Shown piece after piece: positions 28,997 through 40,160 of a stretch of 64,000 nt of DNA. A model generated the notes under the pieces. It searched no databases. It saw only the letters and a program-made list of their open reading frames with translations, and had not been told where the DNA came from. The translations under genes were made by a program, and so were the position numbers. Numbering within the stretch: the first letter of the stretch is position 1; each line of letters opens with the position of its first letter. Location of the stretch: positions 3,098-67,097 of the forward strand of contig JAFWJA010000015.1 in assembly GCA_017511805.1 (NCBI GenBank). Direction: 5' to 3'. Source of the stretch: Bacilli bacterium. Lineage in GTDB: Bacteria; Bacillota_I; Bacilli_A; RF39; UBA660.

Positions 28997-30097
28997 ATGA
29001 AATATGATTATTTAGTTGTAGGCGCAGGTTTATTTGGAGCAACTTTTGCTAATTTAGCAAAAAGTGCAGGAAAGAAAGTTTTGGTTATTGATAAAAGACC
29101 TAATATTGCAGGAAACGTATATACTGAAAATATAGAAGGAATTAATGTTCATAAATATGGTGCTCATATTTTTCATACAGATTATAAAGATGTATGGGAT
29201 TATGTAAATTCTTTTGTAGAATTTAATAGATATACTAATTCTCCTGTAGCGAGAATTGGTAATGAAATATATAATATGCCATTTAATATGAATACTTTTT
29301 CAAAGATTTGGAATGATGTTTTTACTCCAGAAGATGCATTAAAACATATTGAAGAAGAGAAAAAAGAAATAACTGGTGAGCCAAAAAACTTGGAAGAACA
29401 AGCAATTTCTTTAGTTGGAAGAACAATTTATGAAAAATTAATAAAAGGATATACTGAGAAGCAATGGAATAGAGATTGCAGTGAATTACCTTCTTTTATT
29501 ATAAAAAGATTGCCAGTTAGATTAACTTATGATAATAATTATTTTAATGATAAGTATCAAGGTGTTCCGATTGGTGGTTATACAAAACTAGTTGAAAACA
29601 TGTTAAAAGGAATCGAAGTAAGATTAAATACAGATTTTTTTGATAATAGAGAAGATTATATGAAAATGGCAAATAAGATTATATATACAGGTGCAATCGA
29701 TGAATACTATGATTATAGTCTAGGAAAACTAGAGTATAGATCACTTAGATTTGATACAAAAATATATGATAAAGTAAATTATCAAGGAAATGCAGTTATT
29801 AATTATACTGGACATGAAGTTGATTATACTAGAGTTATAGAACATAAACATTTTGAATTCGATACTACTTCTCCTAAAACAGTAGTAACATATGAATATC
29901 CATCTGATTATAAAGAAGGTATGGAAAAATACTATACTGTTAATGATGATAAAAATAATAAATTAGCAGATGAGTATAGAAAATTATCTAAAAAAGAAGA
30001 AAATATTATTTTTGGTGGAAGACTTGCTGAATATAAGTATTATGATATGGATGATGTTATAAAATCAGCTATGGATAGATTTAAAGGAGAATCATAA
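28997..30097 (+). CDS. glf: UDP-galactopyranose mutase
   Basis: MKYDYLVVGAGLFGATFA FAD-binding motif and full-length Glf-like sequence. Confidence 0.9.
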   Translation: MKYDYLVVGAGLFGATFANLAKSAGKKVLVIDKRPNIAGNVYTENIEGINVHKYGAHIFHTDYKDVWDYVNSFVEFNRYTNSPVARIGNEIYNMPFNMNTFSKIWNDVFTPEDALKHIEEEKKEITGEPKNLEEQAISLVGRTIYEKLIKGYTEKQWNRDCSELPSFIIKRLPVRLTYDNNYFNDKYQGVPIGGYTKLVENMLKGIEVRLNTDFFDNREDYMKMANKIIYTGAIDEYYDYSLGKLEYRSLRFDTKIYDKVNYQGNAVINYTGHEVDYTRVIEHKHFEFDTTSPKTVVTYEYPSDYKEGMEKYYTVNDDKNNKLADEYRKLSKKEENIIFGGRLAEYKYYDMDDVIKSAMDRFKGES

Positions 30098-31311
30098 TGG
30101 AAAAAAAGAATTTTGTTTGGAATTTAATAGGTTCATTACTAAATGCCTTTACATCACTTTTTTTCATGATTATAGTTACAAGAATTAATGGAATAGATAA
30201 GGCAGGAGTATTTACTTTTGCTTTTTCTCTTGCAGCTATGCTTCAGGTAATAGCAACTTATCATGGAAGACCATATCAAGTTACTGATAAAACAAAAGAA
30301 TTAAGTGATGTTGATTTTTTAAGAACAAGAGTATTTACTTCATTAATAATGCTTTTTGTATCGTTAGTCTATATTTTTATAAAAAAATATAACTTTGAAA
30401 AATCAATAATGATTTTATTATTTATAATTTTTAGAGGAATTGAAGCTATAAGTGATGCATATTATGGAATAATGCAAAAGAATGATAGATTATATAATGT
30501 AGGTATATCATTAACTTTAAAAACAATAGTCGGAGTAATTTTATTTTTGATAATAGATATAATAACTAAGAATATAATACTATCAATAATTTCTTTAATA
30601 ATTTCACAAGTATTATTCTTTATTTTTTATGATATTAAAAAAAAGAAAAATATGTCTTTTACAATTACAAATTTTTCATTTAAGAATATTAAAAAAATAC
30701 TTGTAATGGGGTTTTCTATTTTTATAGTTTCTATCTTATCTCAATATTTATTACAAGCACCAAAATTTCCAATAGATTCATTTTTAAGTAATGATAAGCA
30801 AACAATTTATGGGATTATATCAATGCCAGCGACAATGATGATATTGGTAAGTCAATTTACTATTCATCCGTTTTTAGTAAAAATGAATAATTATTTAATA
30901 AAAAATGATTATATAAATTTTAAAAAAATGGTTATTAAGTTATGTTTAATATTATTTGGAGTTGGTATTGCTTGTGAATTACTATTATATATAATTGGTA
31001 TTCCTTTATTAAATTTAGTTTATGGAATAAAATTAGAAAAATATATTATAGAACTTTTAGTAATAGCGTTTGGTGCTTTATTATTTGGAATATCAACAAT
31101 AATATCTTATTCAATGATTGCGATGAATAAGAATAGAGTTCAATCTATTATATTTATAATTTCAAGTATTATAAGTTGTATATTATCATATAAACTAGTT
31201 TTTTATTATGGATTAATGGGCGCAGCTTTATCATATTTTATTGTTATGTTATTAATATTATTATTGTATGTTATATCCTTTAATGTATATATGAAAAAGG
31301 TGATTAAATGA
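30097..31311 (+). CDS. Wzx-type polysaccharide flippase (MOP/PST family)
   Basis: 404 aa, ~12 TM helices, follows glf. Confidence 0.65.
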   Translation: MEKKNFVWNLIGSLLNAFTSLFFMIIVTRINGIDKAGVFTFAFSLAAMLQVIATYHGRPYQVTDKTKELSDVDFLRTRVFTSLIMLFVSLVYIFIKKYNFEKSIMILLFIIFRGIEAISDAYYGIMQKNDRLYNVGISLTLKTIVGVILFLIIDIITKNIILSIISLIISQVLFFIFYDIKKKKNMSFTITNFSFKNIKKILVMGFSIFIVSILSQYLLQAPKFPIDSFLSNDKQTIYGIISMPATMMILVSQFTIHPFLVKMNNYLIKNDYINFKKMVIKLCLILFGVGIACELLLYIIGIPLLNLVYGIKLEKYIIELLVIAFGALLFGISTIISYSMIAMNKNRVQSIIFIISSIISCILSYKLVFYYGLMGAALSYFIVMLLILLLYVISFNVYMKKVIK

Positions 31312-32258
31312 AGAAAGTTTCAATTATAATTCCAGTTTATAATTCTGAAAAGTATATTTCAAAATGCTTGGATAGCGTATTAAATCAAACATATAAAAAA
31401 ATAGAAGTTTTAGTTATAAATGATGGATCAAAAGATAATTCGATAAATATTTTAAAAGAATATGAAAAAAAGGACAAAAGAATAATATTAATTGATAAAC
31501 AAAATGAAGGAGTATCAATAACTAGAAACCTTGGAATTAAAAAAGCAACAGGGGATTTTATTATGTTTGTTGATAACGATGATTATATCGATAGAGATTA
31601 TATATTTAATTATATGAACAATTATAAAGATGAAGATATAATTATAGGTTCATATAAAAGAACAAATACTGAAGATAAGATATTATTTAAATATAATTTA
31701 GATACAAAAAGTGATTGGTCAAAATATGTTGTACTTGCTCCTTGGGCAAAACTATATAAAAGAGATTTTTTAATAAAAAATAATATAGAATTTTTTAGTT
31801 ATGGAATTGGAGAAGACGTTTATTTTAATTTATTATGCTATTCAAAAACTAATAATATAAAAATAATTAATAATAATGAATATAATTGGTTCTATAACGA
31901 TAAAAGTGTTTCAAATACTAATCAAAAAGGACTAAAGAATTGTGTTGATATAACTGTTTTATTAAATAAATTGTTAGAATTTATAAATCTAAATGATAAA
32001 TATAATCAATATTTTTTAGAAAGATATATTTACTGGTATTTACTTTTTTCAGGAAAAGATGCCAGTAGAGAAGATTTTCAAAAAGAGTTTTATAAGTATT
32101 TAGATTGGTTAAATAAAAATAAAATTAAATCAAAAGTAAAAGTATTGTTTTTAAAAGGTGAACCTTTTAAAATAAAATTATCAGTAATTTTTTTTAGAAT
32201 TATTAGAAAATTACATTTGATTAAATTATTTTCAAAAATATATTGTAGAGGTGAATAA
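31308..32258 (+). CDS. GT2 glycosyltransferase
   Basis: VSIIIPVYNSEKYI...FVDNDDY motifs. Confidence 0.75.
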   Translation: MKKVSIIIPVYNSEKYISKCLDSVLNQTYKKIEVLVINDGSKDNSINILKEYEKKDKRIILIDKQNEGVSITRNLGIKKATGDFIMFVDNDDYIDRDYIFNYMNNYKDEDIIIGSYKRTNTEDKILFKYNLDTKSDWSKYVVLAPWAKLYKRDFLIKNNIEFFSYGIGEDVYFNLLCYSKTNNIKIINNNEYNWFYNDKSVSNTNQKGLKNCVDITVLLNKLLEFINLNDKYNQYFLERYIYWYLLFSGKDASREDFQKEFYKYLDWLNKNKIKSKVKVLFLKGEPFKIKLSVIFFRIIRKLHLIKLFSKIYCRGE

Positions 32259-32260
32259 AA

Positions 32261-33052
32261 ATGAATGATATTCATACATTTGTAGTTTTAGCATATAAAG
32301 AATCATTATTTTTAGAATGTTGTATTAAGTCTGTTTTAGATCAAAGTTTAAAAACTAATGTTGTAATCGCAACATCTACTCCAAATGATTTTATTACCAA
32401 ATTAGCAAAAAAATATAAGCTAGATATAATTGTTAATAAAGAGAGAAAAGGAATAGGATATGATTTTGATTTTGCAGTTAATGCAGCAAATACAAAATTA
32501 GTTACAGTAGCTCATCAAGATGATATTTATGATCATACATATGCAGAAGAAGTAGTAAATGCATATAAAGAACAAAAAGAATCTATTATCATTTTCCCGG
32601 ATTACTATGAAATTAGAAATGGTGAAAATGTATATAAAAATACTAATTTAAAAATTAAGAAATTTTTATTAAGACCTTTAAAAAATCATAAAAAAGCAAA
32701 TAAAAAATCTAAAAAAAGAAAAGTATTAAAGTATGGAGATGCGATTAGTTGTCCATCTGTTACTTTTGTTAAAAAGAATGTTCCAAAAGAAATATTTGCT
32801 TGTGATTTGAAATGTAATATAGATTGGTATGCCTGGGAAAAATTATCGAAGAGAGAAGGTTATTTTTACTATATAAATAAACCATTAATGGGTCATAGAA
32901 TTTATGGTGGATCAACTACAACAGAAATAATTAATGATAATAAAAGAACTCAAGAAGATTATTTTATTCTATGTAAATTTTGGCCAAAATGGATTGCTAA
33001 AATTATAGCTAAAGTATATTCTCTTTCTGAAAAGAGTAATAATGTTAAATAA
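32261..33052 (+). CDS. GT-A fold glycosyltransferase-like protein
   Basis: FVVLAYKES...QDD region resembles GT2-like enzymes. Confidence 0.45.
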   Translation: MNDIHTFVVLAYKESLFLECCIKSVLDQSLKTNVVIATSTPNDFITKLAKKYKLDIIVNKERKGIGYDFDFAVNAANTKLVTVAHQDDIYDHTYAEEVVNAYKEQKESIIIFPDYYEIRNGENVYKNTNLKIKKFLLRPLKNHKKANKKSKKRKVLKYGDAISCPSVTFVKKNVPKEIFACDLKCNIDWYAWEKLSKREGYFYYINKPLMGHRIYGGSTTTEIINDNKRTQEDYFILCKFWPKWIAKIIAKVYSLSEKSNNVK

Positions 33053-33063
33053 GAGGTAGTAAT

Positions 33064-34155
33064 ATGAAAAAGTATTTCAATTCACTTTCTTTTTTTAGAA
33101 TACTTGCATTTTTAAGTGTATTTTTATTACATCTTTCATCTTATAATACCACTAGTATAGAACTTAATGCAGCGTGGGCAGTTAGTTTTTTCTTTATGGT
33201 AAGTGCATTTTTATATGGATATAAATTTTATGATAAAAAGATAAAATTAAGTGATACAAAAAGTTTTATAGTAAATAAAATTAAAAAGATATATCCATTA
33301 TATTTTATAATGATAATATTATTCTTACCATGGGAAGGCTTTCTTCATTTAGGAGGAGACGCAGTAACTTTTTTTACAAAATTATTCTTACAATTAACTA
33401 TGACTCAGTGCTTTGCAGTTAATTTAGATTATACTTATTCATTTAATGCACCTGCTTGGTTCATTAGTACATTTATGTTTTTTATGTTACTAACAATTCC
33501 ATTTTGTATACTATTGAAAAAAATAGTGAAAAATAGGAAAAGAGGAATAATTGCAATACTAATAATAACTATATTAGATATTTTATATATCAATTTAGTA
33601 TTTAAATTGAATTTATCTAGGACCACTTTCTTATACGTTTTTCCTACTTGTAGAGTGTTTGAATTTTTAATAGCAATGATAACAGGAATGCTATTTAGAC
33701 AAACATATAAAGAAAAAGAAGCTACAAAAAAGAGAAAAATAGTATTCACTATATTAGAAGTAGCTACTATGGCATTACTAATATTGTCTATCAAGTATTT
33801 ACCTGGTTGGTTCCCAAGATATTCTAATTCTTTTATTTGGCTTATTCCTAATATTATTATTTTACTATTGTTCTCGTGTGAAACGGGTTATTTGTCTAAA
33901 TTATTAAGTATTAAACCAATTGTATATCTTGGTAATTTAACATTTCCTGCATATATACTTCATCAATTTATTTTTATTAATTATTATACCATTCCTGCTA
34001 TTAATGATGGGATGACTGATAGAGGAAAATTAATATCGTTATTATTCATTTTATTTGTGTGTTTTTTCCTTGCTAGTGTTGTTAATAAAATCAACTTTAA
34101 TCCTACATTTGAATTTATAGGTAATATATTTAGAAGAAAAAAGAAAAAGAGATAA
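33064..34155 (+). CDS. acyltransferase 3 family membrane protein (polymer O-acyltransferase)
   Basis: FRILAFLSVFLLHL N-terminal motif, ~10 TM. Confidence 0.65.
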   Translation: MKKYFNSLSFFRILAFLSVFLLHLSSYNTTSIELNAAWAVSFFFMVSAFLYGYKFYDKKIKLSDTKSFIVNKIKKIYPLYFIMIILFLPWEGFLHLGGDAVTFFTKLFLQLTMTQCFAVNLDYTYSFNAPAWFISTFMFFMLLTIPFCILLKKIVKNRKRGIIAILIITILDILYINLVFKLNLSRTTFLYVFPTCRVFEFLIAMITGMLFRQTYKEKEATKKRKIVFTILEVATMALLILSIKYLPGWFPRYSNSFIWLIPNIIILLLFSCETGYLSKLLSIKPIVYLGNLTFPAYILHQFIFINYYTIPAINDGMTDRGKLISLLFILFVCFFLASVVNKINFNPTFEFIGNIFRRKKKKR

Positions 34156-34221
34156 TTTTCTTTTTTTTTATTGCAATTAATGGTATAATTATATAGATAA
34201 CATATTGCTTAAGGAGGTTTT

Positions 34222-36375
34222 ATGGACTCAATAAAATATTTGATAGGAAAAACTAAAGATACAGTTAAAAGTGAAGGAATTACTTCATTGGCTAAAAAAA
34301 CAAAAAAATACATTTTTAATGGTATGAAAGGTGAAAAACAACACTATAAAGATATTCTTTTCATAAATGGATGTACATTACCTCATCCATCTAGATATAG
34401 AGTAAATCATCAAATAGAACAATTAGAATCTAATGGAATGTGTTGTGATCAAGTTTTTTATGAAAAACTATCCTTAGAAAAAGAAAAGTATTATAATGCA
34501 TTTGTTTTCTTTAGATGTCCAATTACAGATACAGTAAAAGAATTTATAGAAAAAGCAAAAATTAATAATAAAACAGTTATTTATGATATAGATGATTTAG
34601 TATTTGATAAAGAATACACTAAAACAATTAAGTACTTGAAGAGTATGTCAAAAGACGAATTAAATCTTTATTATGATGGTGTTAAGAGAATGGGTGATAC
34701 ACTTAAGATGTGTGATATTGCTACTACTACAACACCAGTACTTGCTAAAGAGTTAGGTAAATACGTTAAAGAAGTATACGTTAATAGAAATGTTGTTTCT
34801 GAAAGAATGTGTATGTTTTCTTTAGATGCAGTAAAGAAAGTTAAAAAAGAAAAAGATAAGGTAGTATTAGGCTATTTAAGTGGATCTATTACTCATAATC
34901 CAGATTTTGAATTAATATTACCTTCTATCAAAAAGATGATGGATAAGCATGAAGAAGTTTATTTAAAAGTAGTTGGTATATTAGATATACCTAAAGATTT
35001 AGATAAATATAAAGAAAGAATAATAACAGCACCATTTACAGATTGGGAAAATTTACCAGAATTAATTGCATCATTAGATATTAATTTAGCACCTATAGAA
35101 GAATCTTTATTTAATGAAGCTAAATCAGAAAACAAATGGACAGAAGCTGCTTTAGTAAAAGTTCCAACTATAGCTTCAGATGTAGGAGCATTTAAAATAA
35201 TTAAAAATGGTATAGATGGAGTACTTGTTAAGAATACTGAAAAAGATTGGTTTGATAAATTAGAAAAACTAGTTACTGATACAGAATATAGAGAAAAAAT
35301 AGGTAATGCTGCATTTGATAGAGCAATGAAAGAATATGTATCAACTTATTCAGGTTATAAGTATACAGAATTTATTAAATCTAAAATGCCTAAGACAATA
35401 GCATTTATCTTACCAACTACTAATATATCTGGTGGAGTAAATGTTGTTATTAAACATTGTAATATACTTAGAAATAATGGATATAATGCATTTATTATAA
35501 ACATGGATAAAGTTGATAATGATATAGTAAATAATGATGGTGAAATACATGTAATATCTAAATATAAAACTAAAATATATTGTCATGTAGATAATATGGT
35601 CGCAACACTTTGGTCAACATTATATTTTGCTAAGGGATATCCAAGAGTAAGTAAAGTATCTTATTTAGTTCAAAATTTTGAAACAAACTTTATTAATTAT
35701 GGTAGTTATATAAAACAAACTGCTAATTCAACTTATTCTATGGAAAATGTCGAATATTTAACAATATCAAAATGGTGTGAAGATTGGTTAATAAAAGACT
35801 TTAATAGAAAAGTTAAATATGCACCAAACGGAATAAAATTAGAACAATTTCCAGTTACTAAAAGAAAGTTTGATGGAAAGATAAGAATCTTAATTGAAGG
35901 TAATAGTGCAGACTATTATAAAAATGTAGATGAAAGTTTTAAAATAGTTGAAAAACTAGATAAATCTAAATATGAAATAAAATATTTATCGTATCAAGGA
36001 GAACCAAAGAAATGGTATTATGTAGATGAGTTCTTACATAAAGTTCCATATGATGAAGTAGGTAAGATTTATAATTCAGCTGATATATTAATTAAATCTA
36101 GTATTCTAGAAAGTTTCTCTTATCCACCACTTGAAATGATGGCTACTGGAGGAATTGCAGTAGTTGCACCTAATGAAGGTAATATAGAATACTTAAGAGA
36201 TAATGAAAACTGTTTATTATATGAACAAGGTAATATAGAAGATGCTGTTAAAAAAATAGAGATGATACAAAAAGATGAAAAATTACGTAATAAAATAATT
36301 GAAGGTGGTTTAAAAACAGCTAAGTCTCGTGAATGGAAAAAGATTGAAAAGGAGATAGTAGATTTATATGAATAA
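34222..36375 (+). CDS. two-domain GT-B (GT4-like) glycosyltransferase
   Basis: 717 aa; two Rossmann-like halves, C-terminal FSYPPLEMMATGGIAVVAPNEG...E motif typical of GT4; AGGAGG RBS; extended -10 TGGTATAAT at 34181. Confidence 0.6.
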   Translation: MDSIKYLIGKTKDTVKSEGITSLAKKTKKYIFNGMKGEKQHYKDILFINGCTLPHPSRYRVNHQIEQLESNGMCCDQVFYEKLSLEKEKYYNAFVFFRCPITDTVKEFIEKAKINNKTVIYDIDDLVFDKEYTKTIKYLKSMSKDELNLYYDGVKRMGDTLKMCDIATTTTPVLAKELGKYVKEVYVNRNVVSERMCMFSLDAVKKVKKEKDKVVLGYLSGSITHNPDFELILPSIKKMMDKHEEVYLKVVGILDIPKDLDKYKERIITAPFTDWENLPELIASLDINLAPIEESLFNEAKSENKWTEAALVKVPTIASDVGAFKIIKNGIDGVLVKNTEKDWFDKLEKLVTDTEYREKIGNAAFDRAMKEYVSTYSGYKYTEFIKSKMPKTIAFILPTTNISGGVNVVIKHCNILRNNGYNAFIINMDKVDNDIVNNDGEIHVISKYKTKIYCHVDNMVATLWSTLYFAKGYPRVSKVSYLVQNFETNFINYGSYIKQTANSTYSMENVEYLTISKWCEDWLIKDFNRKVKYAPNGIKLEQFPVTKRKFDGKIRILIEGNSADYYKNVDESFKIVEKLDKSKYEIKYLSYQGEPKKWYYVDEFLHKVPYDEVGKIYNSADILIKSSILESFSYPPLEMMATGGIAVVAPNEGNIEYLRDNENCLLYEQGNIEDAVKKIEMIQKDEKLRNKIIEGGLKTAKSREWKKIEKEIVDLYE

Positions 36376-37780
36376 TAAATTAGCTAAATTGTTCTTATTA
36401 TTATCAATGTTTTTTGGAACTATAATGATATTTATAATTCCTCCATTTAATTCACCAGATGAAGATTCACATTTTTTATACGCATATGAATTAAGTAGAG
36501 GAAATTTACTTCCGACTTCTAAAGGAAATCAATCTGGATATTATATACCAGAGACTATTATGGAAGATATAGGTCATTATAAAGAATTTGCAAATGATAG
36601 AACTAAAAAATATAAATATGATGATTATTATTTTGATCAACTATTAACTGATAATTATGATAAGACTAAATTTGTTTCAGCAGTTGTATCTAAATCACCT
36701 AAGATAGCTTATATAGCTCCAGCAACAGGTATATTTATAGCTAGACATTTAAAAATATTTAGTGGTAGTGATCAAATGCCTGTATCAGTGTTGTTACAAT
36801 TTGCAAGGTTCTTCTCATTACTAGCATATTCTATTATTGGTTATTTTGCTATTAAGCTCACACCTAAGTTTAAAAAATCATTCTTTGTGGTAATGCTAAT
36901 GCCTTTAGCATTATTCTTAAGAAGTATGATTTCATATGATGGAATATTACTAGTAATAGTAGCATTGGCTTTAGCAAATATGCTTAGAATAATAGATGCA
37001 AAATCTAAACTAACAAAGAAAGATTATATATTATTTATTATAACAGGCTTCATTTTATTAAATACTAAGTTGGTATATTCAATTATATTCTTATGTTTAT
37101 TTGCTATACCAAAAGAAGTATTTGGTAATAATAAAAAGAAAGCTAAATCAATAGCTATTATTGCTGGAGGTATTTTATTATTAACAATAATAAAAACAAT
37201 GTTCTATATGTCAGTTAAAGGTTCACCAGAACCTATGGCATCAACTCAAATAGACTTTATTATACATAATCCAGTTGGATATTTTAAAATATTAGTTCAT
37301 AATATAATAGAACAATTAAAAACACAAGAATATTGGATGCTTGGAACACTTGGATATTTAGATACTTATATGCCTGTTTTATATGTATTCTTACTAAAAA
37401 TATTATTAGTAACAGTATTCTTAGTAGAAGCATTCCACGAAAAAATATTATTACCTTTATGGTTAAAAATAGGACTATTCTTATTAGTAATATTTGATAT
37501 ATTTGGAATGTATACAATGATGTATATTAGTTGGACACCAAAAGTAACTAACACAACAGGTGGTAGTGAAATAACTGGTGTTCAAGGTAGATACTTTATA
37601 CCATTCTTATTATTGGTTCCAGTAATATTTAATAATAGACTTGTAGATAAAATAAAGAAGTTTAAATTATCTAAGTATTTAGATAAAATTAATACTGTTC
37701 TAGATAATAATATCCATTACATTACAGCAGCAAGTTTAACTATGGTAGTAATAATATTAATAATGAGATATTATTGTTAG
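36368..37780 (+). CDS. DUF2142-like polytopic membrane protein (putative GT-C-type glycosyltransferase)
   Basis: N-terminal PFNSPDEDSHF motif and ~12 TM. Confidence 0.5.
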   Translation: MNNKLAKLFLLLSMFFGTIMIFIIPPFNSPDEDSHFLYAYELSRGNLLPTSKGNQSGYYIPETIMEDIGHYKEFANDRTKKYKYDDYYFDQLLTDNYDKTKFVSAVVSKSPKIAYIAPATGIFIARHLKIFSGSDQMPVSVLLQFARFFSLLAYSIIGYFAIKLTPKFKKSFFVVMLMPLALFLRSMISYDGILLVIVALALANMLRIIDAKSKLTKKDYILFIITGFILLNTKLVYSIIFLCLFAIPKEVFGNNKKKAKSIAIIAGGILLLTIIKTMFYMSVKGSPEPMASTQIDFIIHNPVGYFKILVHNIIEQLKTQEYWMLGTLGYLDTYMPVLYVFLLKILLVTVFLVEAFHEKILLPLWLKIGLFLLVIFDIFGMYTMMYISWTPKVTNTTGGSEITGVQGRYFIPFLLLVPVIFNNRLVDKIKKFKLSKYLDKINTVLDNNIHYITAASLTMVVIILIMRYYC

Positions 37781-37792
37781 AAAGGAGAAAAT

Positions 37793-38533
37793 ATGAAAGC
37801 AGATGAAAATGTTGCAATTGAAGTAATAAACATGACTAAATCTTTTAAGGCAGTTTATGATAAAGCATATACTTTAAAAGAAAGATTAGTTTTTTGGAAA
37901 ACAACAAAAACAGAAAGACATATAGTATTAAAAAATATAAATTTAGAAATTAAAAAAGGTGAAACAGTTGCACTTATAGGAGTAAATGGATCAGGTAAAT
38001 CTACATTATTAAAACTAATGACTAAGATTATTTATCCTACAAAAGGTAAAGTTATAACACATGGTAAATTAACATCATTACTAGAATTAGGTGCAGGTTT
38101 CCATCAAGATTTTACTGGTAGAGAAAATATTTATTTCAATGCATCTATATTTGGTTTATCTAAAAAAGAAATAGATAAAAGAGTTAAACAAATAATTGAT
38201 TTCTCTGAATTAGGTGATGCGATAGATACACCTGTTAGAACATATTCTTCAGGTATGTATATGAGACTTGCTTTTTCAGTAGCAATTAACGTAGATGCAG
38301 AAATATTATTAATTGATGAAATATTAGCAGTTGGAGATCAACATTTCCAAGATAAATGTTTTGCTAAATTAGAAGAATTAAAAAATAGTGATAAGACTAT
38401 TGTTATAGTTTCACATAGTTTAGCATCTGTTAAGAAATTATGTAATAGAGCAATATGGTTAAATAAAGGTGAAGTTAAAATGGATGGAAAAACTAAAGAT
38501 GTAATAGATGAATATCTAAAGGTGTGTGGTTAA
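37793..38533 (+). CDS. ABC transporter ATP-binding protein, polysaccharide/teichoic acid export type (Wzt/TagH-like, short form)
   Basis: Walker A GVNGSGKST, signature YSSGM, Walker B ILLIDE. Confidence 0.85.
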   Translation: MKADENVAIEVINMTKSFKAVYDKAYTLKERLVFWKTTKTERHIVLKNINLEIKKGETVALIGVNGSGKSTLLKLMTKIIYPTKGKVITHGKLTSLLELGAGFHQDFTGRENIYFNASIFGLSKKEIDKRVKQIIDFSELGDAIDTPVRTYSSGMYMRLAFSVAINVDAEILLIDEILAVGDQHFQDKCFAKLEELKNSDKTIVIVSHSLASVKKLCNRAIWLNKGEVKMDGKTKDVIDEYLKVCG

Positions 38534-38534
38534 T

Positions 38535-39296
38535 ATGTTTAAAGAATTATTTCAGTATAGAGAGTTTTTAGCAACTTCAGTACATAAAGATATTAGGGGT
38601 AAATATAAAGGATCCTTTTTAGGAATACTTTGGTCATTTATAAATCCATTATTAACAACAATTATTTATACAATTATATTCTCTGTATTATTAAAAAGTA
38701 CACAAGAACATTATGTAGTATTTGTTATTATAGGAGTTCTTCCTTGGACTTGGTTTACTAATACTATGTCTATGACAAATACATATTTAATAAATGGAGG
38801 AATAATTAAGAAAGTTTATTTTCCAAGAGAAATATTATCTATTTCAGTAGTAACAAGTGGATTAATTAACTTCTTAATCTCTTGTATAATAATTCTATTA
38901 TTTGTAATATTTAGTGGTATAGGATTAAGTTGGAATATACTATATCTTCCACTCATACTAATAGTACAATATGTATTACAATTAGGATTATTCTTAATTG
39001 TATCATCAGTAGATGTATATGTAAGAGACTTAGAATATATAGTTAACTTCTTAGTTCAAATGTTATTCTATGCAACTCCAATATTATATTCAATAGATAT
39101 GTTTGGTAAATGGAAATGGTTATTACAACTTAATCCATTAACAACAATCTTTGGAGCATATAGAGATATTTTCTATTATAAAACTGCTCCTGATTTTCTA
39201 GCATTAGGTATAGTATTCTTAGTAAGCTGTGTAATACTAGTAATAGGTACACTTGTATTTAAGAAACTAGAAAAAGGTTTTGCTGAGGAAGTATAA
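38535..39296 (+). CDS. ABC-2 type transporter permease (Wzm/TagG-like)
   Basis: 6 TM, follows ATPase; track start 38526 is GTG. Confidence 0.75.
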   Translation: MFKELFQYREFLATSVHKDIRGKYKGSFLGILWSFINPLLTTIIYTIIFSVLLKSTQEHYVVFVIIGVLPWTWFTNTMSMTNTYLINGGIIKKVYFPREILSISVVTSGLINFLISCIIILLFVIFSGIGLSWNILYLPLILIVQYVLQLGLFLIVSSVDVYVRDLEYIVNFLVQMLFYATPILYSIDMFGKWKWLLQLNPLTTIFGAYRDIFYYKTAPDFLALGIVFLVSCVILVIGTLVFKKLEKGFAEEV

Positions 39297-40135
39297 TGAT
39301 TAAGATTGCGGGTGTAGTTGTATTATATAATCCAGATGTAGATTATATAGCTAATATAAATTCTTATATAGATTATCTAGATGTATTATATGTAATAGAT
39401 AATTCTAGTAAAAAGAATAAAGTACCAGATAATAAAAAGATTAAATATATTTTTAATAATGAAAATATAGGTGTTGCTAAAGCATTAAATAATGCAGCTA
39501 AAATGGCAATAGATTCTAAATATAAATGGTTATTAACAATGGATCAAGATACTAAATTTAAAAAAGGTGTTATGGAAAGAATGACTAAATATATAGAAGA
39601 TAATAACACTGATAAAGATGGCATACTTGTTCCTTGGCATAATACCAAATTAGATATAGAAAAAAGTAAAGATGATATAGATTATCCACTACAAGTTATG
39701 ACTTCTGGTAATTTAGTTAATCTAAAAGCTTATCAAGAAGTTGGTGGATATAATGAAGATTATTTTATTGATGGTATAGATATAGAATATTGTCTTAGAT
39801 TAAAAAAATATGGTTATAGAATAGTTAGATTTAATGATGTAGAAATAGATCATGATCTAGGTAATATAGAATATCATAAGTTTCTAGGTAAGACATATTT
39901 ATGTACTAACCATAACTATATTAGATTATATTATATAGTTAGAAACTATAGAGATATTAGAAAGAAATATTATGATGTTGCTCCTGAATATTGTGAAATA
40001 CTAACTCATTTAAAACTTAGAATATTTAGAGTAGTTATGTTTGAAAAAGATAAGTATAGAAAACTTAGAAATATGTATAGAGGAGCTAGAGATTATAAAA
40101 AGGGAATAATAGGGAAATACCCATATAAAAATTAA
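39296..40135 (+). CDS. GT2 glycosyltransferase (rhamnosyltransferase WbbL-like)
   Basis: GVVVLYNPD...TMDQD motifs. Confidence 0.7.
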   Translation: MIKIAGVVVLYNPDVDYIANINSYIDYLDVLYVIDNSSKKNKVPDNKKIKYIFNNENIGVAKALNNAAKMAIDSKYKWLLTMDQDTKFKKGVMERMTKYIEDNNTDKDGILVPWHNTKLDIEKSKDDIDYPLQVMTSGNLVNLKAYQEVGGYNEDYFIDGIDIEYCLRLKKYGYRIVRFNDVEIDHDLGNIEYHKFLGKTYLCTNHNYIRLYYIVRNYRDIRKKYYDVAPEYCEILTHLKLRIFRVVMFEKDKYRKLRNMYRGARDYKKGIIGKYPYKN

Positions 40136-40160
40136 TCTTATAGCAAAGTGAGCTGATATA

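Noticed and set aside
34141-34169. Possible terminator overlapping the 3' end of acyltransferase gene 33064-34155
   Set aside because: Stem is only A/T-rich (AAGAAAA/TTTTCTT) and lies within coding K-rich codons (KKKKR); may be just poly-A/T tract; left as low-confidence.
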